Source: Bacteroidota bacterium | GTDB lineage: Bacteria > Bacteroidota > Bacteroidia > Cytophagales > Cyclobacteriaceae | Reading direction: 5' to 3' | Assembly: GCA_018267195.1 (NCBI GenBank) | Contig: JAFDYY010000003.1 | Span: 46,686-110,685, forward strand | Length of the DNA: 64,000 nucleotides | Shown: piece by piece, positions 1-9,077 of the stretch | Layout: every line of letters begins with the position of its first letter | How positions within the stretch are numbered: position 1 is the stretch's first letter | Made by a program: the position numbers and the translations under genes | The notes under the pieces: generated by a model | What the model was told of the DNA's origin: nothing | Database searches by the model: none | The model's input: the letters and a program-made list of their open reading frames with translations, nothing else

Positions 1-357
1 AATGTATCGTTCTACGATTCTAAGCAATCCGATTATACGTTTAATAAACCTTATTCGGATGCTACGGCTGAAAAGATAGACCAAGAAGCAAAAAAAATTA
101 TTGAGAGCGCGTTTGAACGCACCAAAAAACTATTGAACGATCACCGAAACGAATTAGAAATTATTGCCAAAGAATTGTTGCAAAAAGAAATTTTATTTCA
201 ATCAGACCTAGAACGGCTAATTGGTAAGCGCCCATTTGCGCACCAAACTACCTACGAAAAATTTACCAATGGCACGGCCAACCTGCCTGAAAAGAAAGAC
301 GAACCAAAAGAAACCGGATCGGTAAACGAACCCAAAGAAGAATCGATTCCGAAATAA
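1..357 (+). CDS. ftsH: ATP-dependent zinc metalloprotease FtsH, C-terminal fragment (5' end lies outside the window)
   Basis: Frame 1 is open from base 1 to the TAA at 355-357. The tail ...AEKIDQEAKKIIESAFERTKKLLNDHRNELEIIAKELLQKEILFQSDLERLIGKRPF resembles the conserved C-terminal helical region of FtsH (peptidase M41). Track ORF 133..357 is only the part after an internal Met. Confidence 0.85.
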   Translation, partial: NVSFYDSKQSDYTFNKPYSDATAEKIDQEAKKIIESAFERTKKLLNDHRNELEIIAKELLQKEILFQSDLERLIGKRPFAHQTTYEKFTNGTANLPEKKDEPKETGSVNEPKEESIPK

Positions 358-507
358 ACCGGTATTTGCAATTGGTTGGCTTTTTGATAAGAGTTGGTGC
401 GTACAAGCAAAAATATTTTTTTGTATTTGCAAAATGGACACTTATTTACCGTCCTCGGTAAGCCCCGAACCGTAGGCAGAGTGTTATGGCAACCCTGAGC
501 AAAAATA

Positions 508-536
508 AATAGTGAGTCTTTTATAGACCCACTATT
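508..536. terminator. Hairpin between convergent ftsH and the NAD(P)-binding gene (possible bidirectional terminator)
   Basis: AATAGTGAGTC (508-518) pairs with GACCCACTATT (526-536): 10 of 11 bp, 7-nt loop TTTTATA. It sits directly beside the minus-strand stop at 544-546. There is no long U-tract. Confidence 0.4.
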
Positions 537-543
537 TACTAAT

Positions 544-1188
544 TTAGACACTTGCAATAAACGGAGATTTTCTAATAAACGTATCTGTAGATAGTTGTTC
601 AATTAGAAAATTTGCCAAATCAGTTGCACTTATTTTATCACCAGGGCAATCCTTCAAACTGACTATTATTTCACCGCTTTCGTCAGTCTGTTCAATTAAA
701 GGAAGTCTTACCATTGTCCATTCAACATTACTGTTTGATAATATATCAAATTCAGACTGTTTATCTGCCGTTGAAACAGGAAAAGTTTTTCTCATCCATT
801 CTGTTGCGAACAGCGTTTTGGGGCTTTTATTATCCAAAGGAGCGTCAACATTCAAGCCTGTAGTTACAATATAACGATGAACATTTTGCTCATTCATAGC
901 TTGGATAACATTGCTAGTTGCTTTACTGAAAATTCTTGGTTCACTTGCTGGAATACCCAAACCTAATGAACTAATTACAGCTTGACAGCCCTCAATTAAA
1001 GTACTGACAGTTCTATAATTTGCTACGTCACCTATGACAACTTCGGCTAATGAATTTTTAGCTTTAAAATTATCAGGATTTCTAAGAAGAATTTTTAACT
1101 GAAAACCTTGTTCTAATAGTTTCTTGACAAGATATTTTCCTGATTTTCCGGTACCGCCAATCACAGCGATTTTTGTTTTATTATTCAT
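544..1188 (-). CDS. NAD(P)H-binding oxidoreductase (atypical SDR / NmrA-like)
   Basis: 214 aa with an N-terminal Rossmann motif KIAVIGGTGKSGKYLVKKLL. Size and layout are typical of NAD(P)H-binding flavin-reductase-like proteins. ATG start confirmed at 1186-1188. Confidence 0.8.
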   Translation of the reverse strand: MNNKTKIAVIGGTGKSGKYLVKKLLEQGFQLKILLRNPDNFKAKNSLAEVVIGDVANYRTVSTLIEGCQAVISSLGLGIPASEPRIFSKATSNVIQAMNEQNVHRYIVTTGLNVDAPLDNKSPKTLFATEWMRKTFPVSTADKQSEFDILSNSNVEWTMVRLPLIEQTDESGEIIVSLKDCPGDKISATDLANFLIEQLSTDTFIRKSPFIASV

Positions 1189-1600
1189 TCTTGTTCTTTA
1201 TAAAATTTGAAATTGTAATTACCCTTACACTTGTCAGATAGACAAAGAGAACCAACAAAAGCCGATGGGCTTTTGTAAAAAGCAGAATCAATATTTTATA
1301 AAGAGATTTTAATGGTGCGAAAATATTAAATACTTCTCTATACACAAACTAAAAACAAAAGCATTACTGCCAACAAGTATTTTTTTGCAATAGTGTGGCT
1401 GACGAACAAAAGCTCAACTTAAGGGGGGCTTACATAGGGACTTATAATATAGGAATGACTAGATTTAAATAATGGCTCAGCATACAACAAAAGTAGCTGT
1501 TGCACTTATTACTTGAACACAGCAGAAGAGTTTTTCTTCGAAACCATTTCGCCCTTGTATATGCCTTCAAGTTAAGCGCTTTTATTTACCTTTAAGGCAG

Positions 1601-1617
1601 TTGTGCAACTTGCACAA
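1601..1617. promoter_or_regulatory. Perfect 8-1-8 palindrome TTGTGCAAcTTGCACAA, candidate operator upstream of the E1 gene
   Basis: TTGTGCAA (1601-1608) is the exact reverse complement of TTGCACAA (1610-1617). It lies 32 nt upstream of the ATG at 1650 and directly upstream of a TACATTTA box (1618-1625), which is a 7/8 match to the Bacteroidetes -7 motif TAnnTTTG. Confidence 0.3.
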
Positions 1618-1649
1618 TACATTTAAGAAATAAATTACATCTGTTTATC

Positions 1650-3758
1650 ATGTTAGATGAGTGGGGTTTGTTTCTTAAAAAAACTAATGACCTCACAGTG
1701 AAAGAAGAAAATATTAATTGGATAAATATTTGTTTGAAGGCGTATGCGTTGATGTGCACGGCCAGGCGCATGGCTGAATTGTACGATGAAGAAAAAGAAA
1801 TTTGTTCTAAATATGTGCACAGCACTTCGCGTGGCCATGAAGCCATTCAGATAGCAACCGGGCTTCAGCTAACGGCAATAGATTATGCCTCACCCTACTA
1901 CCGCGATGAATCATTGTTGCTTTCCATCGGGTTAGAGCCCTATGAGCTGATGCTTCAACTGATGGCCAAGCGCGATGATCCGTTTTCCGGAGGGCGCAGC
2001 TATTACAGCCATCCGTCCTTGAAGAGAAAAGGGTTTCCCACCATCCCTCATCAAAGCTCGGCTACCGGTATGCAGGCTATTCCCGCCACCGGTATGGCAC
2101 ATGGCATAGCCTATTTAGAACAGCAAGGCCTGTTAAAAACGAAATCGGTAGTGTTGTGTTCATTAGGCGATGGGTCAGTTACGGAAGGAGAAGTGGCAGA
2201 AGCCTTTCAAATGGCCGTGCTTAAAAAATTACCCATTCTTTATCTGGTGCAAGATAATAACTGGGGTATTTCGGCCACAGGCCAGGAGATGCGTGCGATG
2301 GATGCTTACGAATACGCTCAAGGTTTTAAGGGGATGAAATGTTTTCAGGCTGATGGGTCTGATTTCGTTAACTCGTATCGGGTAATGAGTGAGGCTTTAG
2401 ATTATGCACGCCACGAGCGCAAACCGGTGCTGGTGCATGCCCGCTGTGCCTTACTGGGGCATCACACTTCGGGGGTAAGAAAAGAATGGTATCGTGAGGA
2501 GGATTTGGCTCAGCAAATGAAGGATGACCCCATTCCCAAACTTACAAACTATCTATTGCAAAATAAGATCCGTTCTTCTCAATTGGATGAACTAAAAATA
2601 AATGCAGAAAAAAGGGTAAACACGGATTTTAAAAAAGCGGTAGCCTCGCCCGATCCGGATGATAATGAATTTGACCAACACGAGTTTGCATCTACTGTTA
2701 TTCGGGAAGAAAAAGGAAAACGGAGCCCGGTAAATTCAGAAAAAATTACCATGGTAGATGCGGCACTCCATGCGGTAGATGAAATTTTAAAAGCACACCC
2801 CGAGGCTATTTTCTATGGTCAGGATGTGGGGCGCAGGCTGGGCGGTGTTTTTCGGGAAGCGGCCACACTGGCACAGAAGTATGGTGATGAGCGGGTGTTT
2901 AATACTCCCATACAAGAAGCGTATATTATCGGCTCTACCGCTGGCATGAGTGCCGTAGGAGTGAAGCCTATCGTTGAAATACAGTTTGCTGATTATATCT
3001 GGCCGGGGCTTAATCAACTGGTAGAAGAGATATCAAAGAGTTGTTATCTCACGTGTGGAAAATTTCCTGTTCAAACATTGATCCGGGTGCCGATTGGTGC
3101 CTATGGCGGAGGAGGGCCTTACCACTCGGGCAGCATAGAGTCGGCTTTACTTACCATACGGGGCATTAAAGTAGTGTACCCAAGTAATGCAGCTGATATG
3201 AAGGGGCTACTCAAATCTTCTTTTTATGATCCCAACCCGGTTGTTTTGTTAGAACATAAAGGGTTGTATTGGAGTAAGGTGCCGGGCACACAAGATGCCA
3301 AAACTACCGAGCCTGATGAAGCGTATGTTATTCCGTTAGGCAAAGCAACTATTGTTTTACAGGCCGATCAAGATAAGGTTGACGGTGGCGAATCGGCTGT
3401 AGTGATTACCTATGGCATGGGCGTTTATTGGGCGAAAGAAGCTGCTAAGAAATTTAATGGGAGCATTGAAATTATAGATCTGCGGTCGCTCAATCCACTG
3501 GATTGGCAGTGCATATCCGAAGCAGTAAAAAAACATGGACGGGTACTTGTGCTAACGGAAGAACCGTTGCTTAATTCATTTGCCGAATCATTGGCCGGCC
3601 GTATTTCAAAAGAACTGTTTCATTTCCTCGATGCTCCCGTTTGGCCAATTGGGGCAGCCAATTTACCGGCCGTTCCGCTCAATGTAGAGCTAGAAAAAAG
3701 GATGCTGCCATCAGCTGAAAAAGTAGCCGAGGAACTCAACCGGTTGCTATCGTACTGA
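1650..3758 (+). CDS. Fused alpha/beta E1 component of a 2-oxoacid (branched-chain keto acid type) dehydrogenase, TPP-dependent
   Basis: 702 aa. The N-terminal half has E1-alpha/TPP features (HSTSRGHEAIQ, LGDGSVTEGE, DNNWGIS). The C-terminal half is E1-beta/transketolase-like (FNTPIQEAYIIGSTAGMS, VVLLEHKGLY). Confidence 0.85.
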   Translation: MLDEWGLFLKKTNDLTVKEENINWINICLKAYALMCTARRMAELYDEEKEICSKYVHSTSRGHEAIQIATGLQLTAIDYASPYYRDESLLLSIGLEPYELMLQLMAKRDDPFSGGRSYYSHPSLKRKGFPTIPHQSSATGMQAIPATGMAHGIAYLEQQGLLKTKSVVLCSLGDGSVTEGEVAEAFQMAVLKKLPILYLVQDNNWGISATGQEMRAMDAYEYAQGFKGMKCFQADGSDFVNSYRVMSEALDYARHERKPVLVHARCALLGHHTSGVRKEWYREEDLAQQMKDDPIPKLTNYLLQNKIRSSQLDELKINAEKRVNTDFKKAVASPDPDDNEFDQHEFASTVIREEKGKRSPVNSEKITMVDAALHAVDEILKAHPEAIFYGQDVGRRLGGVFREAATLAQKYGDERVFNTPIQEAYIIGSTAGMSAVGVKPIVEIQFADYIWPGLNQLVEEISKSCYLTCGKFPVQTLIRVPIGAYGGGGPYHSGSIESALLTIRGIKVVYPSNAADMKGLLKSSFYDPNPVVLLEHKGLYWSKVPGTQDAKTTEPDEAYVIPLGKATIVLQADQDKVDGGESAVVITYGMGVYWAKEAAKKFNGSIEIIDLRSLNPLDWQCISEAVKKHGRVLVLTEEPLLNSFAESLAGRISKELFHFLDAPVWPIGAANLPAVPLNVELEKRMLPSAEKVAEELNRLLSY

Positions 3759-6278
3759 CTAAAACGGGTACCCGATTCCGATGTTGTAGATTACCGGCTC
3801 ATGAAAGGCATAAGGCCCCGCGAAACTGACCTTAGGCAATACAAAGCGGCTGCCCGGCTCGCGTGCCGGATCCCAGGCCTTGATGCCCACATCCAGTCGC
3901 ATGATGAGAAATGTAAAATCAAACCGCAACCCAAAACCGGTACCTACTGCAAACTGTTGATAGAACTTATTCCACGAAAAATTCGCCCGGTTGTTGTTAG
4001 ATATTTGCAGGCCCCAGGCATTTCCGGCATCAATAAACAAAGCATAGTTTAAAAAGCCTACTAGCTTTTGCCTCCACTCTACGCTGCCTTCTAAAAGTAC
4101 CTGCCCTGGCTTTTCAAAACTATAATCGAAGTACCCGTTGCCGCTGGGGTTCGTGTTAAGCATGGGCGGATCAGACCCCAGGCCAAGCCTGCGTGGTCGC
4201 CAGGCCCGCACACTGTTGCTCCCGCCAGCAAAGAAATTTTTTTCGTAGGGCAGTACTTTGTTTTCGCTGTAGGCAAACCCAAAACCGGAGTTGAAGCGGT
4301 AAGCCAGCGCGGTTGTTTTAGTGATGGGTATGTTTTTTCTGAAATCGAAACTGACTCTGAAATATTTGTACGGCTCCAACCCTTGGTCTTGAATAAACTT
4401 AGGCGAGTACACGTTAAGCAAAGTGCCTCCGCTTTCTAACATGGTGCGTATAAATGTTGAGTTTTTCTGAGCTAAGCCGTAATTGTTGTTCCACGTCAGG
4501 GTAAAAATGATGCTGCTTACGTAGGAAGGCTTAAAAGCGTTTATTAATTTATTTCCCAAACTATCTAAGTGCACCAAAGTGGATCGGAACGCATCGCTGA
4601 TAGTAGAGTTGATAACGTTGAGTGTGGCGGGGCTGAAAGAAAACATCCACTTCCGTTTCAGATCCCAGGTGTAGGTGGCCGACAAGGTAGTAATTGATCG
4701 CTGGTATTCAGGCCGGTCGGTAAACGTATAGCCGGCCAGCAACTTGGTACGAGGATTATTTCGGGCATACCTAAATTGAGCAGCTGTATGAAAGGGAAAT
4801 AGAAATTGAGGGAATGTAATGGAGGCATTTCCGGTGGTTTCCACGCTGCGGTAAAAGCCACCCGTGCTGGTTACGGCAGCTACCCCCTCAAAACCGATGC
4901 GCCCGTTTACTTCCAGGATTTCTAACCCGCCAAATAAATTTCTTCGCTTAAAATTAGAGCTGACATACGGCCCCGGAAAACCCTGTGTTACGGTCATGCC
5001 GGCCTCGTTGCTCCAGGTGTACCGGTCGCTGGGGCTGGTAAATAAGTTAGCCACAACACGCCCCCCGGTAGTATCGTAATTGATGTTTACAAATTTAAAA
5101 TTGTCGAGGTTGGCCAGCTGGCGTTGGGTATTTATGGTTTGGGTGCGGCTGTACAAACTGTCTTTGGTAATGAACACGCGCTGAGCCAGCAGCCGTTGAT
5201 TAAACTCAACATCGTAGCGGTTAAATGTAATATTATGATAGAACGAAGGCTGCCTGCGTAAAGCTTCTTTCCCCTTCACACCCACATCGGGAGTGAATAT
5301 GATAGAATCGAGCCTGAATTGTTTATGGTACCCACGCCTGGATGGGTTCAGTATTTCTAGTTTTAGTTTAATCTTCCCTTTTAGCGAATTGGTGTCCAGG
5401 GCAAAATCAATGAACTGCTTACTGAAATCATAAAAACCATTGTCTTTTAATATCTGATCAATTCGGTCGCGTTCTTGTGTCAGTTTATCTTGGCTATACA
5501 CATCACCCTTTTTTACGAACGACAACAATTGATGTTGACTGATAATTTTCTTCACTTTATCATCTGGGATGTTATAGAAAAGGGTATCGTATATATAGGA
5601 TTTTCCGGGTGTGATAGTGTATTCTAATGCAACTCTCCGGTTTGTTAATGCGTGGGTGTGAGCCTGAACGGAGGCATGGAAATACCCCCGGTTAAACAAG
5701 GCACTTTTTAGTTTCTCTTGGGTTTGATGTACGGCAGCTGAATCAAAAACGGTAATCGGTTCGCCCCACTGCATAAACAAGTTTCCATTGTCTATTTTTT
5801 TATTCAGGGCATCTACTTTGTTTTGCTTGCGATATTGCAGGTTAATAATCTTTTTTTGATTTTTAGCAGCCGCTATCCGGGTGTCGAATTTTTTTTCGAT
5901 CCGGGTCCGTTTCCTGAAAAACTTTTCCTGGCTAAAATGTTGCTTGCCGATATAGTACATGGTTACTGGTATGCTGATAGCAGTAGGCTTTATCCGGGTG
6001 TTTACTTTTTGTACGAACAGATCGCTCAGCCCCTCATTGTTAAATCCCTTTGGGTGGCGCAGCATTTGGCGGTATAATATCTTTTGATTTTCTTCGAGGT
6101 GTTTTGTGCCGATGCATCCCGTAAGCAAAAGCACCCAGGCAAAATGACGGAGTAACTGTCTGTAAAAAATTACGAAAGCGTTAACAATGTTATCCAAAGC
6201 AAAAATAAAATTCGTCAAATCCCTGCAAGTAAAGAAATATAGAAAACAGGAGCAATCTTTTGTGGTAGAAGGCGCCAA
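3759..6278 (-). CDS. Omp85 (BamA/TamA) family outer-membrane protein; start codon uncertain
   Basis: The large C-terminal surface-antigen beta-barrel region (FFAGGSNSVRAWRPRRLG ... IGIGYPF) ends in an aromatic residue. A lipobox-like LLLTGC lies 56 codons after the first ATG. The ATG at 6278 overlaps the divergent gene starting at 6187; in-frame alternatives are TTG at 6197 and ATT at 6170. Confidence 0.75.
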   Translation of the reverse strand: MAPSTTKDCSCFLYFFTCRDLTNFIFALDNIVNAFVIFYRQLLRHFAWVLLLTGCIGTKHLEENQKILYRQMLRHPKGFNNEGLSDLFVQKVNTRIKPTAISIPVTMYYIGKQHFSQEKFFRKRTRIEKKFDTRIAAAKNQKKIINLQYRKQNKVDALNKKIDNGNLFMQWGEPITVFDSAAVHQTQEKLKSALFNRGYFHASVQAHTHALTNRRVALEYTITPGKSYIYDTLFYNIPDDKVKKIISQHQLLSFVKKGDVYSQDKLTQERDRIDQILKDNGFYDFSKQFIDFALDTNSLKGKIKLKLEILNPSRRGYHKQFRLDSIIFTPDVGVKGKEALRRQPSFYHNITFNRYDVEFNQRLLAQRVFITKDSLYSRTQTINTQRQLANLDNFKFVNINYDTTGGRVVANLFTSPSDRYTWSNEAGMTVTQGFPGPYVSSNFKRRNLFGGLEILEVNGRIGFEGVAAVTSTGGFYRSVETTGNASITFPQFLFPFHTAAQFRYARNNPRTKLLAGYTFTDRPEYQRSITTLSATYTWDLKRKWMFSFSPATLNVINSTISDAFRSTLVHLDSLGNKLINAFKPSYVSSIIFTLTWNNNYGLAQKNSTFIRTMLESGGTLLNVYSPKFIQDQGLEPYKYFRVSFDFRKNIPITKTTALAYRFNSGFGFAYSENKVLPYEKNFFAGGSNSVRAWRPRRLGLGSDPPMLNTNPSGNGYFDYSFEKPGQVLLEGSVEWRQKLVGFLNYALFIDAGNAWGLQISNNNRANFSWNKFYQQFAVGTGFGLRFDFTFLIMRLDVGIKAWDPAREPGSRFVLPKVSFAGPYAFHEPVIYNIGIGYPF

Positions 6279-6927
6279 AAGTGTAGCCGAATTGCTTACC
6301 TCCGATTTTATAATAGACTGCGTGTTGGCTCAGCCAGGCTTTCGGAAAGCTTATGCTGGTGTTTTGAAGAAAGAAATTGAGGTGGTTGAAGTAAACGAAA
6401 AAGAACTGGCTCAGCTAGGCACGTTTCAAACCAACGATGCGGCACTGGCCGTAGCCCGGATGAAACCCAATACCCCGCCCTTACTGAATGAAGAATTTTG
6501 CCTGGTGCTGGACGACCTGCGCGACCCCGGCAATCTGGGCACTATTATTCGCACGGCCGACTGGTACGGATTAAAGAATATCATAGCTTCCGAAGAAACA
6601 GCCGATTTTTATAATCCCAAAACGATCAGTGCCACCATGGGGTCTTTTGCCCGTGTTAATGTTTTCTATACACACCTGCCCACTTTTTTGCAAAAGAACC
6701 AATGGCCTGTTTACGGCACATTTATGCAGGGCGAAGATGTGCACCGAACTGAATTTAGTACACACGGTTTAATTGTGATCGGAAATGAGTCGAACGGTAT
6801 TTCACCAGAAGTTTCTTCGTTGGTTACACACCGTATTACCATTCCCCGAATCGGAAAAGCCGAATCGTTAAATGCGGCCATGGCTACCGGCATTGTGTTG
6901 GATAATGTGTTTCGGTTAAAAGAATGA
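6187..6927 (+). CDS. TrmH/SpoU family RNA 2'-O-methyltransferase
   Basis: SpoU motifs are present: LDDLRDPGNLGTIIRTADWYG, VIGNESNGIS, ESLNAAMATGIVL. Confidence 0.85.
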   Translation: MLSKAKIKFVKSLQVKKYRKQEQSFVVEGAKSVAELLTSDFIIDCVLAQPGFRKAYAGVLKKEIEVVEVNEKELAQLGTFQTNDAALAVARMKPNTPPLLNEEFCLVLDDLRDPGNLGTIIRTADWYGLKNIIASEETADFYNPKTISATMGSFARVNVFYTHLPTFLQKNQWPVYGTFMQGEDVHRTEFSTHGLIVIGNESNGISPEVSSLVTHRITIPRIGKAESLNAAMATGIVLDNVFRLKE

Positions 6928-7692
6928 ACCGCTTTGGCCGGCCGACTCTTCCGAAAGTTTTTCGGCTTCTTCTTTGCCTAAATAACGGTCAATGGCATAG
7001 TGCCCTGCGTAAATGAGCGGGGTAAGCAAGATGGCAATAACAAATTTATACAGGTAATTGGTAATGCCGATGGCTGTAATCTGAGGTACCGTAAAGGTGC
7101 CATAAAAGGCCAGATAGAGCACTACAAAGCTGTCAATAAACTGAGAGACGAGCGTAGAGCCGGTAGCGCGGAGCCAAAGCATTTTGCTGCCTGTAATTTT
7201 TCGTAGTTTCTGAAATACAAACACATCGACCAATTGCCCCAGTAAAAAAGCAGACAAGGAAGCTACAATGATGCGTTGCCCTTGCCCGAGTATTTTGTTG
7301 AAGGCAAAATCAATATTAAAAAAATTCCCGGCATCATCGTGCCGGTTGGCCTCCAGCCACCATTGTGCGGGGGGCAGTTTCATAACCAGATAAATGACCA
7401 AAAAAGAATAGGCGATAAACAGCGCTGCCAGATAACTGATGCGTTTTACTCCCGGTTTTCCAAAATACTCATTGATCAGATCGGAAGTGATAAACACTAC
7501 CGGCCAGATAATGGCACCGGCTGTCAGATTAAAATCCATCACAAATCCCAGCACCGGTATATTGGCCGGCTGAAACCCCAGTGTGTTTTCGCCTGAGAAA
7601 ATTTTTACTCCAATCAGTTCGGCTACGATGGCATTGGTAAGAAATATTCCGGCCAACACCACAAATAATTTATTTTTCTTCTGCTCGATCAT
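6916..7692 (-). CDS. yhhQ: Queuosine precursor transporter (VUT/DUF165 family, YhhQ-like)
   Basis: 258-aa polytopic membrane protein with the family-typical N-terminus and the region ATGSTLVSQFIDSFVVLYLAF. Confidence 0.75.
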   Translation of the reverse strand: MIEQKKNKLFVVLAGIFLTNAIVAELIGVKIFSGENTLGFQPANIPVLGFVMDFNLTAGAIIWPVVFITSDLINEYFGKPGVKRISYLAALFIAYSFLVIYLVMKLPPAQWWLEANRHDDAGNFFNIDFAFNKILGQGQRIIVASLSAFLLGQLVDVFVFQKLRKITGSKMLWLRATGSTLVSQFIDSFVVLYLAFYGTFTVPQITAIGITNYLYKFVIAILLTPLIYAGHYAIDRYLGKEEAEKLSEESAGQSGSFF

Positions 7693-7710
7693 AGGCTTAA
7701 AACGACACGG

Positions 7711-8628
7711 TTAATCAGTTAACGAAAAATTCTTTCCTTCTACAGCAAGTTCCGTATTGGCAAAATGTTTTTGAGCCTCAGTTAATAGTAAATTCAAATC
7801 TTTGTAGCGGGCAGAGAAATGTCCGATCAATAATTTTTTTACTTGCGCCCGGTGTGCTATCTGTCCGGCCTGGGCGGCCGTACTGTGTTTGGTTTCTTGT
7901 GCTTTCCCGATATCGCATTCTAAGAAAGTAGCTTCGTGGTAGAGTAGGTCGGCTCCGGTTATTTGCGGGAGCAGGGCTTCGCAGTAAGCGGTGTCTGAGC
8001 AGTAAGCATACGACAAGGAGGGGCGAGGAGGTAATGTATAATCCCGATTGGGATAAAGCAGGTTTCCATGTTCATCAAAAATATCTTCTCCTTTTTTTAA
8101 GGAGGCAAGGTGTTGCAGTTTCATGCCCGGCAGCAGTTTATCCTTATCTATTTTTCGGGGCTTTATTTTTTCCCGAAAAAGAAACCCGGCACAATCCAGT
8201 TTGTGTAACAAGGGCATCGTATGCACACTAATCGCCTCATCTTCCATAATTAACCTGGCTTGGGTTGGGTTGAAAACATGAAAAATGATTTTGTAGTTCA
8301 GCACCGAGCGAGAGTATTTAAGCTGTAGCAGGATAATTTCATCCAACCCCGGAGGAGCATATAAATGCAAATTGCTGGACCGCTTGTGCAGGTGCATGGA
8401 GAAGAGTAAGGGCATAAGCCCCAGATAATGGTCGCCATGCAAATGACTGATGAAGATATGCTCTATTTTATGCAAGGATAGTTGATACCGGGCTAATTGT
8501 ATTTGTGCTCCTTCTCCGCAATCAATCAGACAATGCCGGTTTTGGATAATCAGGTGTTGTGAAGTGGGAAACCTTCCGATAGAAGGAAGTGCTCCGCTTG
8601 AGCCAAGGATCGTGAGACTAAGTGCCAA
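7711..8628 (-). CDS. rnz: Ribonuclease Z
   Basis: Metallo-beta-lactamase motif SHLHGDHYLG and N-terminus LTILGSSGALPS. The only in-frame start near the N-terminus is TTG at 8626-8628. Confidence 0.9.
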   Translation of the reverse strand: MALSLTILGSSGALPSIGRFPTSQHLIIQNRHCLIDCGEGAQIQLARYQLSLHKIEHIFISHLHGDHYLGLMPLLFSMHLHKRSSNLHLYAPPGLDEIILLQLKYSRSVLNYKIIFHVFNPTQARLIMEDEAISVHTMPLLHKLDCAGFLFREKIKPRKIDKDKLLPGMKLQHLASLKKGEDIFDEHGNLLYPNRDYTLPPRPSLSYAYCSDTAYCEALLPQITGADLLYHEATFLECDIGKAQETKHSTAAQAGQIAHRAQVKKLLIGHFSARYKDLNLLLTEAQKHFANTELAVEGKNFSLTD

Positions 8629-8663
8629 ACAAAAAGGAAAGAATATTTTTGAAAAAAGAATGC

Positions 8664-9035
8664 CTATTCTTTTTTCATGTCTTTTTCAATTTCGTGCATA
8701 AATACCGCATCAATACCTTCTTCTACAGAGGGTAAAATGGTTAGTACACTATCTAATTGCGAAATCTTGATCAGTTTCATAGTGTGATCAGACAGGGAAG
8801 CCAATACAAAAATTCCTTCTTCTTCCTGTAAGATGCGATTGCCCACCAGAAGGGCACTTAAGCCGGACGAGTCGGCATATTTTACTTCACTCAGGTCTAA
8901 AATAATATTGCGCACACCTTCTGCATGCAGGGTTACCATTTCCGATTTCAACTGCGGGGCCACCGTGGAATCGAGCTTTTCTTCGTGAAGCCGGATTAAA
9001 GTATATTTTTCTTGTTTATCGATGGTGTATTTCAT
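8664..9035 (-). CDS. STAS-domain protein (anti-sigma factor antagonist-like)
   Basis: 123 aa with a SpoIIAA-like fold signature, including YADSSGLSALL. Confidence 0.75.
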   Translation of the reverse strand: MKYTIDKQEKYTLIRLHEEKLDSTVAPQLKSEMVTLHAEGVRNIILDLSEVKYADSSGLSALLVGNRILQEEEGIFVLASLSDHTMKLIKISQLDSVLTILPSVEEGIDAVFMHEIEKDMKKE

Positions 9036-9077
9036 GTGGAAGGGTTACGATTTAAGGGTTGTCAATTTCTTTGTCTG

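Noticed and set aside
1255-1276. 9-bp perfect hairpin as a Rho-independent terminator
   Set aside because: It has no U-tract on either strand and no upstream gene in either orientation whose transcript it could end. It is kept only as part of the note on the long spacer.
1592-1846. Two minus-strand ORFs (84 and 61 aa) overlapping the 5' end of the E1 gene
   Set aside because: They are antisense to a conserved coding region and extend into the promoter. They have no recognisable motif and there is no supporting signal.
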